The notes beneath the pieces are model-generated. The model made no database searches and was not told the DNA's origin. It was given only the letters and a program-made list of their open reading frames with translations. Positions 1-8,594 of a stretch of DNA of 64,000 bases are shown one piece after another. A program made the translations under genes and the position numbers. The stretch comes from an uncultured Caldilineales bacterium (GTDB lineage: Bacteria > Chloroflexota > Anaerolineae > JAAEKA01). The stretch lies in contig CALESQ010000120.1 of assembly GCA_937907455.1 (NCBI GenBank), forward strand, positions 35,447 to 99,446. The letters run 5' to 3'. Each line of letters starts with the position of its first letter. The first letter of the stretch is position 1.

Positions 1-248
1 AGGGGCGCGCGCGCGCACCAGGAACTGCGGCAGGCTGTGGGCGCGAAAGAGCCGCTCAGCAGGCCATTGAAAATCAACAATGGGCTGGCTGGATCATCCC
101 AGGCGCGGGTGGGGTTGAAATCCTGCCAAAACAGCCATGCGGCGTAGCCGCTGCCGAGCAAAAAGCGTCGCGCCTCTACGGGATCAACCGCGCAGCGCTG
201 CATGTCTCCGCTGGACAGATCAACGTGCAGGTAGAAGCCAGAGATCAT
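1..248 (-). CDS. aldehyde:ferredoxin oxidoreductase (AOR) family protein, N-terminal fragment (gene runs off window start)
   Basis: Minus-strand ATG near 248 preceded by AAGGAT RBS; translation MISGFYLHVDLSSGDMQRCAVDPVEARRFLLGSGYAAWLF...LIFNGLLSGSFAPT follows the conserved AOR N-domain pattern (VDLSxG...RxFLGGRGLAA...LIFAAGPxxG). Not in ORF track because truncated. Confidence 0.5.
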   Translation of the reverse strand, partial: MISGFYLHVDLSSGDMQRCAVDPVEARRFLLGSGYAAWLFWQDFNPTRAWDDPASPLLIFNGLLSGSFAPTACRSSWCARAP

Positions 249-321
249 AGGTATCCTTGTGTAACACGTAACTCAGAACTTGACATCTTTGCAGTCGCAA
301 ATCGCCAATCCGGGTTACGAG

Positions 322-1788
322 TTACGCATTACTCGTTAGAAATCCTGCCAACTCTGCTTTTAGTGCGTGTAACGACGCAAGCTGCACATACATCATGTGG
401 CCGGCTTCGTAGTAGCTCATGCTGATGTTGGCGTGCAGGCTCTTGTCCAGACCGAGGTGATTGAAGGTGTAGCGGGTGGCGAAGTAGGGCGTGGCCAGGT
501 CGTAATAGCCGTTGGCTACATGGACGCGCAGGTGTGGGTTGTTGCTGATAGCGCTGCGCAGCTTTTCGGCCACGTTGACGTATTGGTTCTCGAACTCTTT
601 GTAGCTCCAGTTCTGATACAGCCCCTTGAGGATTTCGTAGGGTAGGTCGCTTTCGTAGCCCAGGTCGCTGCGCACATAATCGTTGAAACAGGCGGTGTAC
701 GCGCCCAAAATGGCTGAGTAGCTGGGATCAGACTCGGCGTGTTCGCCCACAGCGTCGCGGTCAATGCCGGTGTAGCGGCTGTCCAGGCGACCTACAGTGC
801 GTTGCTCGCGGCGTAGCAGCTCTTTGGTGAAGCGGAAGATATCAATACGCAGGTCGCTGCGCTCGACATAATCCTGACTAAGGCCGGTGAAACGGGCCAA
901 CTGCGCGGCGACTCGGCTACGCTGGGCCGCTGGGAGGGCTGCGCCGTGCAGCAAAGCTGCTGCGTAGTCATTTAAGGTGAATTCTTCGACCTGTTGCAGT
1001 AATTCAGTTAAAGGAAGGGCTTGCAGCTCGGCGGGCAGGCGATGGTGGTACCAGGCAGTGGCCGCGTAGGTGGGCAGGAAGAGCAACGGCGGCAGGTCGT
1101 TGCCGGGGTTAAAGTCGGCAGTCTGGAAGTTGAGGATGCTGGACACTAGCATGATGCCGTTTAGCCAGAGGCCGTGACGTTCTTGCAGGTACTCGCTGAG
1201 GCCGGCAGCGCGTGTAGTGCCGTAGCTTTCGCCGATGAGGTATTTCGGGGATAACCACCGACGATAGCGGGTGGTGTAGAGGCGGATGAAATCGCCTACG
1301 GATTCGATGTCTTTTGTGTAGCCGTGATAGTTTTTGGCCTTTTCGCCCACCACGGCGCGGCTGAATCCCGTGCTGATGGGGTCAATGAAAACGAGGTCGC
1401 TGGTATCCAGCAGGCTGGCGTCATTGTCTACCAAGCGATAGGGCGGACGCAGGCTAAAGCCTTCGTCATCTAACAGCACGCGTCGCGGGCCGAGCAGCCC
1501 CAGGTGCATCCACACGGAGGAGGAGCCGGGGCCGCCGTTGAAGGAAAAGGTGACGGGCCGCGCTGTGGGGTCGGCTACGTCGTCGCGGGTGTAGGCGATG
1601 AAGAAGAGCGAGGCTTTGGGCTTTTCGCCCTCAGATGCGCCGTCGTCGTCGCCGCTCTTTTCGGCTTCCTCGCGCAGTACTAGTGTGCCCGCGGTGGCGG
1701 TGTAGGTGATGACCTGGCCGTTGAGGGTGATGCTGTGGTGGGTGATGATGAGGTTGTCTTGCGGGATGGAAGGGGTTGTTTCGGTCAT
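322..1788 (-). CDS. S10 family serine carboxypeptidase
   Basis: 488-aa ORF; motifs FNGGPGSSS and GESYG typical of peptidase S10. Confidence 0.7.
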   Translation of the reverse strand: MTETTPSIPQDNLIITHHSITLNGQVITYTATAGTLVLREEAEKSGDDDGASEGEKPKASLFFIAYTRDDVADPTARPVTFSFNGGPGSSSVWMHLGLLGPRRVLLDDEGFSLRPPYRLVDNDASLLDTSDLVFIDPISTGFSRAVVGEKAKNYHGYTKDIESVGDFIRLYTTRYRRWLSPKYLIGESYGTTRAAGLSEYLQERHGLWLNGIMLVSSILNFQTADFNPGNDLPPLLFLPTYAATAWYHHRLPAELQALPLTELLQQVEEFTLNDYAAALLHGAALPAAQRSRVAAQLARFTGLSQDYVERSDLRIDIFRFTKELLRREQRTVGRLDSRYTGIDRDAVGEHAESDPSYSAILGAYTACFNDYVRSDLGYESDLPYEILKGLYQNWSYKEFENQYVNVAEKLRSAISNNPHLRVHVANGYYDLATPYFATRYTFNHLGLDKSLHANISMSYYEAGHMMYVQLASLHALKAELAGFLTSNA

Positions 1789-2219
1789 TGTTGATGCTCC
1801 GGGTTTGGGGAGGCTCTTACCCCCGGCCCCTCCCCCTGGGGGAGAGGGGAGTGTGTGCTTTCCGGTTTTCTCTCCCAGGGGGAGAGGGTTAGGGTGAGGG
1901 TCAAATCCAGCAGCATCACCCCCACGGCGATCAGCTTGCGGTTGGCTGCTACCAGTGTCACCGAGGCGATATCATGCTGGCTGGTGAGTAGTTGGCTGCG
2001 CTCCAATTCCATGCCGAACAGCACGTCTGCGAGCGCGGCTACGATCACCCCCTGCACGTGCGCCTGCTGCGCGGGGAGATCGCCCAGCGCAGCCAGCCGC
2101 GCGGCATTGCGTACTTGAACATCGGCAACGCCAGCCGCATGTACCGCGCCCGCGGGCAGTTCAACCGGCTCCTCGGTGTTCCAGGGCAGACTGTGCCACG
2201 GTGACGGCTCAAAGGCCAT
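1785..2219 (-). CDS. hypothetical small protein; C-terminus encoded by REP-like element; stop overlaps S10 peptidase start (ATGA)
   Basis: ATG at 2219 directly after CoA-transferase stop (2209-2211); frame stays open through the palindromic element to 1785. No recognisable family; may be a non-coding spacer instead. Confidence 0.3.
   Translation of the reverse strand: MAFEPSPWHSLPWNTEEPVELPAGAVHAAGVADVQVRNAARLAALGDLPAQQAHVQGVIVAALADVLFGMELERSQLLTSQHDIASVTLVAANRKLIAVGVMLLDLTLTLTLSPWERKPESTHSPLPQGEGPGVRASPNPEHQQ
1816..1901. repeat. REP/MITE-like palindromic element, copy A
   Basis: CCCCGGCCCCTCCCCCTGGGGGAGAGGGG ... CTCTCCCAGGGGGAGAGGGTTAGGGTGAGGG; nested inverted repeats; near-identical arms recur at 43976-44096. 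Confidence 0.6.
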
Positions 2220-3441
2220 TGCCGCGACGCTCCTGCAAGCCGGTGATGATACCTTCTTCGTGTAGCCGAGCGATGCCCGCGGCGTCGTAACCCAGTTCGG
2301 CGGCGATTTCATCGCTGTGTTCGCCCAGCCGCGGGGGCGCAATGCGGTAACTCATCGGCGTGCCAGAGAAGTGACCCGGAAAGGCCAGCGACTTGAACAT
2401 GCCCAGCCCGGGATGCTCCATTTCCACGATCATGCGCCGCGCCTGGATGTGCGGATCGTTGAGCGCCTCGTCCACGGCGTAGAGCGGGCCGCCGGGGATT
2501 TCCGCTTCGTTGAGCAGCTCAACCCATTCGTGCGCGGGCCGCGCGGCCAGCAATTCATCCAGGATCGGCGTCAACTGGTCACGGTTGACGTTGCGCAGCG
2601 CGTTGGTGGCAAAGAGGGGGTGCGTCACCAGCGATGGATCCGCGTGGATCACCTCGCAAAACTTGCGCCAGAGCCGTTCGCTGCCTGCGGCCACCACGAT
2701 CCACTTGCCATCGCCCGCCTTGAAGGGCTGATAGGGGGTAATGGTCGGGTGCTGGTTGCCGGTTTTGATCGGGGCGTTACCGCTGACCCAATAGTTGCTC
2801 GCCAGATAGCTCGTCCAATTGAGCTGCGATTCGACCAGGCTGATGTCGAGTGCCTGGCCGACACCGGTATGCTGGCGGGCCAGCAGCGCGGCCAGCACGC
2901 TGATCAGCGCGTAAAGACCCGCGCTGAAGTCGGCCATCGCCATCGGGAAGCGCATCGGGGGATCGCCCTGCTCGCCGGTCAGTTCCATCAAACCGCCCAT
3001 CGCCTGCGCCACGATGTCGAAGCCGCTGCGGTCGGCATACGGCCCGCTGCGGCCAAAGCCGGTGATGCTGACGTGGATCAACTTGGGGTTGCGCGCCAGA
3101 CAGGCTTCGGCAGAAAGGCCGTATTTGTCCAGCGAGGCTTGCCGCGGCAGGTTAATCAGGAAGACGTCGGCGTCGTCGAGCAGGCGATGGAAGATTTCCA
3201 GCCCCTCCGGCTTGGTGTAGTCCAGCGCCAGGCCGCGCTTGTTGCGGTTGGTGGAGAGGAAATAGCCGCTTTCACCCTCGATAAAGGGGGGGCCCCAGCC
3301 GCGACACACATCGCCGATGCCTGGCTGTTCGATCTTGATGACGTCTGCGCCCATGTCGCCGAGGTACATGCTGCATGTCGGCCCGGCCAGCGCCTGAGTA
3401 AGATCAACGACTTTGATATTTTGGAGAATGGTGGGGGTCAT
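2209..3441 (-). CDS. CoA-transferase family III (CaiB/BaiF/formyl-CoA transferase-like)
   Basis: 410 aa; N-terminal VVDLTQALAGPTCSMYLGDMGADVIKIE signature of family III CoA-transferases. Confidence 0.8.
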   Translation of the reverse strand: MTPTILQNIKVVDLTQALAGPTCSMYLGDMGADVIKIEQPGIGDVCRGWGPPFIEGESGYFLSTNRNKRGLALDYTKPEGLEIFHRLLDDADVFLINLPRQASLDKYGLSAEACLARNPKLIHVSITGFGRSGPYADRSGFDIVAQAMGGLMELTGEQGDPPMRFPMAMADFSAGLYALISVLAALLARQHTGVGQALDISLVESQLNWTSYLASNYWVSGNAPIKTGNQHPTITPYQPFKAGDGKWIVVAAGSERLWRKFCEVIHADPSLVTHPLFATNALRNVNRDQLTPILDELLAARPAHEWVELLNEAEIPGGPLYAVDEALNDPHIQARRMIVEMEHPGLGMFKSLAFPGHFSGTPMSYRIAPPRLGEHSDEIAAELGYDAAGIARLHEEGIITGLQERRGNGL

Positions 3442-3535
3442 AATGGTGAATGGTGAGCGGAAGGGAATGGCAGATTGGTATGCCTTCGGCGGGTAGATAG
3501 GTAGTTGCTGAATTTACGTCTGGCTGGTGTATAAA

Positions 3536-4303
3536 TTACTGTTTACCGTCTGCCGCGCCGCGCAGCACGGCAATGATCTCGGCCATGATGGCAACGGCGA
3601 TCTCGGCGGGTGTGTGTGCGGCGATGTCGAGGCCGATGGGCGCGTGGACGCGGGTGAATTTCGTCGCAGGGATGCCCTGCCCGCGGCTGAGCAGATCGAA
3701 CACGGTGCGTATACGGCGCTTGCTGCCGATCATGCCGATGTAGGCCAGTGGCGTGTCCAGCACTTCCAACAGACATTCGACGTCGTGCTGATGGCCGCGG
3801 GTAACGAGTACGAGATAGCTGTCGGTATCCAGGCGGCCCGCAGCCACCCAGTCGCGCATGGTTTCGCGCAGCGGCGTAGCCAGCACGTTGTCAGCCTGCG
3901 GGAAACGTTGACGATTGGCGTATTGTGGGCGGTCGTCCAGCACGGTGATGGTGAAATCGCACAGCTTGCCGAGCTGCGCCAGCGGCACGGCGATGTGTCC
4001 GGCTCCGACGATGATCAATTCGGGTGGACGATGCTGTACCTCAACGAAAACCTTCACCTGGCCGGTGGGTGTGGGGTAGGTCAGGGTTTTGTGAACCCGG
4101 CCAGCCAGCGCGCTCTGGGCATCTGCCAGCACTTGCACTTCCAAGTTGCCGAGGCCAAGCTCGCTGAGCGGCTCGGCATCCAGCCAGACCAGCGCGTGCC
4201 GACCCAGCAGAGCCGCTTCGGGCGCGGCGGTAATTGTCGCCAGCGCGACCGGACGATGCGCTTCCAGGGAGGTGATGAGGGAGGAGAGGAGAGGGGGCAT
4301 CAT
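3536..4303 (-). CDS. XdhC/CoxI family protein, C-terminal Rossmann-like domain (molybdenum hydroxylase maturation)
   Basis: IIVGAGHIAVPLAQLGKLCDFTITVLDDRP motif; ORF-track N-terminal Arg-rich extension (to 4540) judged spurious, start placed at MMPPLL (4303). Confidence 0.65.
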   Translation of the reverse strand: MMPPLLSSLITSLEAHRPVALATITAAPEAALLGRHALVWLDAEPLSELGLGNLEVQVLADAQSALAGRVHKTLTYPTPTGQVKVFVEVQHRPPELIIVGAGHIAVPLAQLGKLCDFTITVLDDRPQYANRQRFPQADNVLATPLRETMRDWVAAGRLDTDSYLVLVTRGHQHDVECLLEVLDTPLAYIGMIGSKRRIRTVFDLLSRGQGIPATKFTRVHAPIGLDIAAHTPAEIAVAIMAEIIAVLRGAADGKQ

Positions 4304-4377
4304 GGTCAATGGGTGGGGAAATGATCGATTTCCAAGTTTTAATAGCCGACGGTCAATGAAAGGGGAGGGTTTCCTGC

Positions 4378-4698
4378 TTAAAGCTGGCCTTGCCAGCGCT
4401 CCACAAACACGTTGAAGATGCCGCCGCAGACGCCGAGGCTTTGCATGGTGGGGTCTTCGGTGAGGTCTACGCGCACGGTGGCAGGCTGGCCGGTTTGAAT
4501 GACATCCAGCGCGGCCAGGATCACATCCCCTTCGCCGCAACCGCCGCCCACCGTGCCATAGTGTTGCCCCAGCGGGTGGATGATCATTTTTGCGCCCACC
4601 TCGCGCGGCACACTGCCGCGCACCTCGGTGATGGTGGCTACGGCTACGGTTTCGCCGCTGCGCAGGTACTCATGCAGCTTGTGGTAAAAGGTGTCCAT
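4378..4698 (-). CDS. XdhC/CoxI family protein, N-terminal domain (separate ORF)
   Basis: 106 aa; TVGGGCGEGDV motif of the XdhC N-domain; immediately upstream of the C-domain ORF on the same strand. Confidence 0.6.
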   Translation of the reverse strand: MDTFYHKLHEYLRSGETVAVATITEVRGSVPREVGAKMIIHPLGQHYGTVGGGCGEGDVILAALDVIQTGQPATVRVDLTEDPTMQSLGVCGGIFNVFVERWQGQL

Positions 4699-4705
4699 TA
4701 GCGGC

Positions 4706-5317
4706 TTACTCCTGACGACTTACTCTGTACTGTTCGCGGGTGTCGAGGTCGGTCAACACGCTGGGAGTGTCTACAGGCAGGTAGGTAATCTCCGCGGCGT
4801 GTTGTTGAAGCACGCTGCGCAAGGTGTTATCCCAGGAAAGGGCGAGGATTTCAGGCCACAGCCGCCGTGGCAGGGTGATGGGATGGCCGCGGCGCATGGC
4901 ATAGCTGGGTACGATCAGCCCGCCACCGTCGCCGACGCGGAAAGCCTCCACTACCTGCCGCGCCACCGGCGCTTCCATTTGGGGCTGATCAGCCAGAGCC
5001 AGCAGCGCGCCCGCGCTTTGGCTATCTGCGGCAGCCAGCGCCGTTTGGATCGAGGAGAGCATTTCGCCGCTATGGTAGTGGGGGTTGCGCACGCAGCGCA
5101 CTGCATATCCCCGCAGTCGCGCTTCGATTTCTTCACCGCGGTGGCCAGTGACGATGATTATTTCGTCTACTGCTGCGGCCAACAGTGTGTTGACTACGGT
5201 TTCTATGACAGTGGCAGTGCCCCACGGCAGCAACGGTTTGGGCAGGGGGCCGCCCATACGCGACGACAAGCCCGCTGCTGGCACAATGGCGCTGATTCGG
5301 TGCGCATGCGATGTCAT
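4706..5317 (-). CDS. MobA-like NTP transferase (molybdenum cofactor cytidylyl/guanylyltransferase, MocA/MobA family)
   Basis: Start placed at MTSHAHRISAIVPAAGLSSRMGGPLPKPLLPW (nucleotidyltransferase P-loop-like motif); the ORF-track extension to 5554 runs through the octamer repeat array and is judged spurious. Confidence 0.7.
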   Translation of the reverse strand: MTSHAHRISAIVPAAGLSSRMGGPLPKPLLPWGTATVIETVVNTLLAAAVDEIIIVTGHRGEEIEARLRGYAVRCVRNPHYHSGEMLSSIQTALAAADSQSAGALLALADQPQMEAPVARQVVEAFRVGDGGGLIVPSYAMRRGHPITLPRRLWPEILALSWDNTLRSVLQQHAAEITYLPVDTPSVLTDLDTREQYRVSRQE

Positions 5318-5322
5318 GGCGC

Positions 5323-5352
5323 GATTATAGCATGGGGCGTGTCCTATGAGAA
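5323..5352 (-). promoter_or_regulatory. putative sigma70 promoter for mocA; -10 TATAAT ends 6 nt before the ATG (leaderless transcript), weak -35
   Basis: minus-strand TATAAT at 5328..5323; -35 TTCTCA/TCTCAT-like 17-18 nt upstream. Confidence 0.35.
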
Positions 5353-5470
5353 TTTTTCGCGTACGGGCAATGGTTGGAAAAATGGACAACCGAGAATTGT
5401 CCGGGTGAATTCCATGCACCAATTGCGCTTGCCGTGCAGCGATGTCAGTGTTACAATGCCGGTGATCACT

Positions 5471-5541
5471 ATGCAAGTAGACAAGTAGACAAGTAGACAA
5501 GTACACAAGTACACAAGTACACAAGTATGCAAGTAGACAAG
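5471..5541. repeat. 8-nt tandem repeat array (AGACAAGT/ACACAAGT/ATGCAAGT x9) in divergent mocA / chbG-like intergenic region
   Basis: direct reading; period 8; on the minus (mocA) sense strand reads CTTGTCTA/CTTGTGTA. Confidence 0.8.
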
Positions 5542-5609
5542 CCATACGGGTCACCTTTACTCTTTACCTCTTACTCCCAGCTCATTACTCCTTACTCTCT
5601 GCCTGCAAC

Positions 5610-6443
5610 ATGTCTGGTTTAATCATCAATGCCGACGATCTGGGCTACTCCACCCAGATTAATAAGGCTATCATGGATCTGTTTGCTGCCGGTTTGGTAA
5701 CCAGCACCAGCCTGCTTGTTAATCAACCGGCCAGCGAAGCTGGTGCTGAATTGGCGCGGCGACAGCCGCAGCTCTCCGTGGGGGTGCATCTCAACCTCAG
5801 CCTGGGCCACCCGGTGCTGGCTGCCAAGTTGGTGCCCAGCCTGGTAGACGAGCAGGGTGTTTTCTGGGATACAGCTAGCTTGTTTCGTCGTGCTTTGCTG
5901 GGGCAAGTAAACTGGCATGAGGCTGCGGCCGAGCTGGAAGCGCAGGTGCGTTGGGCACTGGTGCATGGCCTGCATCTGGATAACCTCGACTCGCATGTGC
6001 ATTTTCATTCGCTCCCTGCGGCGCGGCGTATCACCCAGCAGCTTGCCCGGCAGTATCATGTAGCCGCCTGGCGCACCCCCTATGTCCTCTCCACGGTGAT
6101 GCCTACCCGGTTGTGGAGCGATGTGCTGGCTACCCCGGTGAAACCGTTGCGTTCCGATGAACTATCCACACCTGATTACTTGATGTTGCTGGATCAATGG
6201 GGGGAACGTCTGCTGACCGATGGCCGCATAGCCAAGCTACTTGGCAAGCCCGATGTAGTAGCCGAGCTAGTGTTGCATCCGGGGTATCACAACGACCCGG
6301 AACTGCCTGCCGATGAGCAACTTGGCTCGGAGCAACGTCAGGAAGAAGTAAACCTGGTGACCGGAACCCTCTTCCAAACCTGGCTACAGGAAACCGGCGC
6401 GCGCCTGGTCAGCTTTGCCAACTTCCAGCGGATGCAGGCATAG
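5610..6443 (+). CDS. ChbG/YdjC/HpnK family carbohydrate deacetylase-like protein
   Basis: 277 aa; N-terminal LIINADDLGYSTQINKAI and HLNLSLGHP motifs typical of YdjC-like proteins. Confidence 0.65.
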   Translation: MSGLIINADDLGYSTQINKAIMDLFAAGLVTSTSLLVNQPASEAGAELARRQPQLSVGVHLNLSLGHPVLAAKLVPSLVDEQGVFWDTASLFRRALLGQVNWHEAAAELEAQVRWALVHGLHLDNLDSHVHFHSLPAARRITQQLARQYHVAAWRTPYVLSTVMPTRLWSDVLATPVKPLRSDELSTPDYLMLLDQWGERLLTDGRIAKLLGKPDVVAELVLHPGYHNDPELPADEQLGSEQRQEEVNLVTGTLFQTWLQETGARLVSFANFQRMQA

Positions 6444-6504
6444 GGCCGCTTACCGATCACTTGACCAACCTCGTCAAATCGTGTATCATGCCGCAGGCTG
6501 TTTT

Positions 6505-6600
6505 GGGGGTGGATGTGTCCCGGTGGGCGCCCCGGTCTTCAAAATCGGTGGTGGGTGCCGCACAGGCAGCCACGGTGGGTTCGACTCCCATCCACTCCCG
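6505..6600 (+). tRNA. selC: tRNA-Sec (selenocysteine tRNA, anticodon UCA)
   Basis: Hand-folded: 8-bp acceptor stem (GGGGGTGG/CCACTCCC, one GU), 6-bp D-stem with 4-nt D-loop, anticodon loop CTTCAAA (UCA), long variable arm (~25 nt with stem), T-arm GTGGG-TTCGACT-CCCAT with GGTTCGACTCC identical to E. coli selC, discriminator G; 8/5 acceptor/T architecture typical of bacterial tRNA-Sec. Coordinates +/-2. Confidence 0.75.
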
Positions 6601-6643
6601 CTCTGCAGCCCCGCTTGCCCTCTGTAATTCCGGCGAAAAGGCT

Positions 6644-7123
6644 ATGTTTGAGCAACCTCTTGAGTTTTTCCACGAAGACCAGCCGCCGCATATGCTGCGT
6701 GGTCAGGCCCTGCCCTATCCCGATCTGCAACGCGTGTGGGTGCGCGTGCAACTTGCCCCCTTTGCCGGCCACCCTGAGCTGGAGATGGTCATCCTCGACT
6801 CTGCCGCTCAGCCTGTGGCCAGCATGATCATGGTAGACGTGCAGTTTGCCTATGTTTCCCTTACCTTGCACCTGAAACAACCGCAGCCCGCTGCCCCCTA
6901 CACGCTGCTGTTGCGCCTCACCCGCGATCATACGTTGCTTGATCAGCGTGCCGTTCCCTTTGTCCTTACCTTCGTCGAGCGCGACCAGGCCAAAGCCGAG
7001 GCTGAGGGCATGATTTGGCCGGAGCGCGGGGTGCCCATTACCCCCCTCACCCCTGAAGACGATCTCTCTGAGCCGTTGCCCGAGGATATACTCGCACTCT
7101 CCTCTCTCAACGGTGCCTCTTGA
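6644..7123 (+). CDS. hypothetical protein (159 aa)
   Basis: ATG at 6644 with AAAAGG upstream; ORF-track start 6461 rejected because it overlaps tRNA-Sec; no recognisable domain. Confidence 0.45.
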   Translation: MFEQPLEFFHEDQPPHMLRGQALPYPDLQRVWVRVQLAPFAGHPELEMVILDSAAQPVASMIMVDVQFAYVSLTLHLKQPQPAAPYTLLLRLTRDHTLLDQRAVPFVLTFVERDQAKAEAEGMIWPERGVPITPLTPEDDLSEPLPEDILALSSLNGAS

Positions 7124-7229
7124 TGCAGGGCCGCTGTCCCTGAACCGCGGACTTCATTCAGTTTTATCCCCTGTTGCTGGCCTTTTCCGGCAGTGCGCCG
7201 GTCTATCTTTTATTTCGGCTCGGAGGCGT

Positions 7230-8594
7230 ATGGCAGCGATCAACTCTGCAATCAGCACTTATCTCGATTTAGCAACCCCGCAGGTTTTGGCCGATTCATG
7301 GGGGCAGTTGCAAGACGCCATGCGTAGCGACCATTTGCTGTTTGGCGAACGCTTGCTCTGTTCCGCTCTGCGTCCGCAATTTGTCACCGTGGCTGAGTGG
7401 AAAACCGCCAGCACCATGAGCACCACCCTGGTTTCCGCTTTTCACAAGGCCTATCAGGCCATGTTGAGCAGTCCGGCTTTGCGCGGGCAGGTGTGGCTCA
7501 CTCCTGAGGAAGAAACTCTGGTTGCCTGGGAGGCCGAAACGCATCTGCCTGTGCCCATTGGCCGCCTCGATTGCGCCTTGATCCACGATGCCGGTGGCGG
7601 TGACCCCGCACTGCGCCTGCTGGAGTATAATGCCGAAAGCCCCGCGGCCATTGCCTATGAAGATGGTCTGGCGCGGGCTTTTTTGCAGACGCCGTTGCTG
7701 CGTGCCTTTCAGCAGCATGTCGTCGCGCGTCCGCTTTGGGCCATGCCCGCAGCCCTGCAAACCCTGCTGCACATCTACCGCGCCTGGGGAGGGCGTACCC
7801 TGCCCACCATAGCTATCGTAGATTGGCAAGGTTTGCCCACCCAGCACGAGTTTTTGCTCTTCCAGGCCTATTTTGCCCGTCACGGCATTCGCGCTCTTAT
7901 TGTTGATCCAGATGCGCTCAGCTATCAGGGCGGGGTATTGCGGGCCGCGGGGGAACCGGTGGATTTTGTCTACAAGCGCATTCTTACCCACGAGTTGTTG
8001 GCGCGCTATGGCTTGCAGCATCCCCTTATTGATGCCGTGCGCGAGCGTGCGGTGTGCATGATGAATCGCTTTTCCTGCAAGCTGTTGCACAAAAAGGCCA
8101 GTCTGGCTTTGCTAAGCGACGAGGACAATGCCGCTCTCTTCAACCCGGCCGAACAAGCAGCCATTGCCCGTCACATTCCTTGGACGCGGCGCATGGAAGA
8201 ACGCCATACCCAGTTTGCCGGTGAGGAAATTGACCTGTTGCCCTTTGTGTTGGCTAATCGGCAGCGCCTTGTGCTCAAACCCAACGACGAGTACGGCGGC
8301 AAGGGCGTGGTGCTGGGCTGGGATGTAGAAGATGCCCAATGGCAGCAGGCTGTGGCCGATGCACTCGCTCAGCCCTCGGTGGTGCAAGAGCGAGTACCGT
8401 TGGGTAGCGAGCTGTTCCCCGTAGTCCTGCCAGATGGCAGCTTCGATATTCAGCCCCGCCTGGTAGATTTTGACCCCTTCATCTTTGACAACACCTATGC
8501 CGGCGGTTGTCTCACCCGGCTTTCTGCCGGTGGCCTGCTTAACGTGACTGCCGGGGGCGGTACCACCGTGCCCACCATGGTTGTGGCAGCGTAA
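7230..8594 (+). CDS. circularly permuted ATP-grasp superfamily protein (type-2 CP-ATP-grasp / glutathionylspermidine-synthetase-like amidoligase)
   Basis: 455 aa from ATG 7230 (GGAGG RBS); the ATP-grasp lysine/glycine-rich loop LKPNDEYGGKGVVLGWD sits near the C-terminus instead of mid-protein, as in circularly permuted ATP-grasp families. Confidence 0.5.
   Translation: MAAINSAISTYLDLATPQVLADSWGQLQDAMRSDHLLFGERLLCSALRPQFVTVAEWKTASTMSTTLVSAFHKAYQAMLSSPALRGQVWLTPEEETLVAWEAETHLPVPIGRLDCALIHDAGGGDPALRLLEYNAESPAAIAYEDGLARAFLQTPLLRAFQQHVVARPLWAMPAALQTLLHIYRAWGGRTLPTIAIVDWQGLPTQHEFLLFQAYFARHGIRALIVDPDALSYQGGVLRAAGEPVDFVYKRILTHELLARYGLQHPLIDAVRERAVCMMNRFSCKLLHKKASLALLSDEDNAALFNPAEQAAIARHIPWTRRMEERHTQFAGEEIDLLPFVLANRQRLVLKPNDEYGGKGVVLGWDVEDAQWQQAVADALAQPSVVQERVPLGSELFPVVLPDGSFDIQPRLVDFDPFIFDNTYAGGCLTRLSAGGLLNVTAGGGTTVPTMVVAA

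Noticed and set aside
2317-3456. 379-aa plus-strand ORF
   Set aside because: Antisense to the well-supported CoA-transferase gene; high-GC genomes generate long antisense ORFs. The same reasoning applies to 7296-8090(-), 10071-10526(-), 10599-11174(-), 15475-16755(-), 22235-23245(-), 25824-27044(+), 27409-28533(-), 30427-31500(-), 31671-33416(-), 33781-35154(-), 37588-38571(-), 41831-42916(-), 49468-50082(+), 51196-51786(-), 52351-52920(+), 56119-56778(+), 58759-59523(-) and 63044-63928(-).
3536-4540. Arg-rich N-terminal 80 residues of the XdhC C-domain ORF and overlapping 3543-3776 Arg/His-rich ORF
   Set aside because: Low-complexity Arg runs typical of out-of-frame GC-rich translation; domain begins at MMPPLL.
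5471-5541. CRISPR array
   Set aside because: Units are only 8 nt and contiguous with no spacers; no cas genes; same for the 31438-31648 arrays.
5344-5554. ORFs translating the octamer repeat arrays into LVYLCTC-type peptides (5344-5532, the 4706-5554 N-terminal extension, 31217-31549, 31374-31565, and the 20615 N-extension of purB)
   Set aside because: They are products of reading 7-8-nt tandem repeats in frame; they have no start context and the adjacent genuine genes have better-supported downstream starts.
6461-6643. ORF-track start of the 6461-7123 ORF
   Set aside because: Overlaps the tRNA-Sec gene; a downstream ATG at 6644 with purine-rich upstream sequence is the plausible start.
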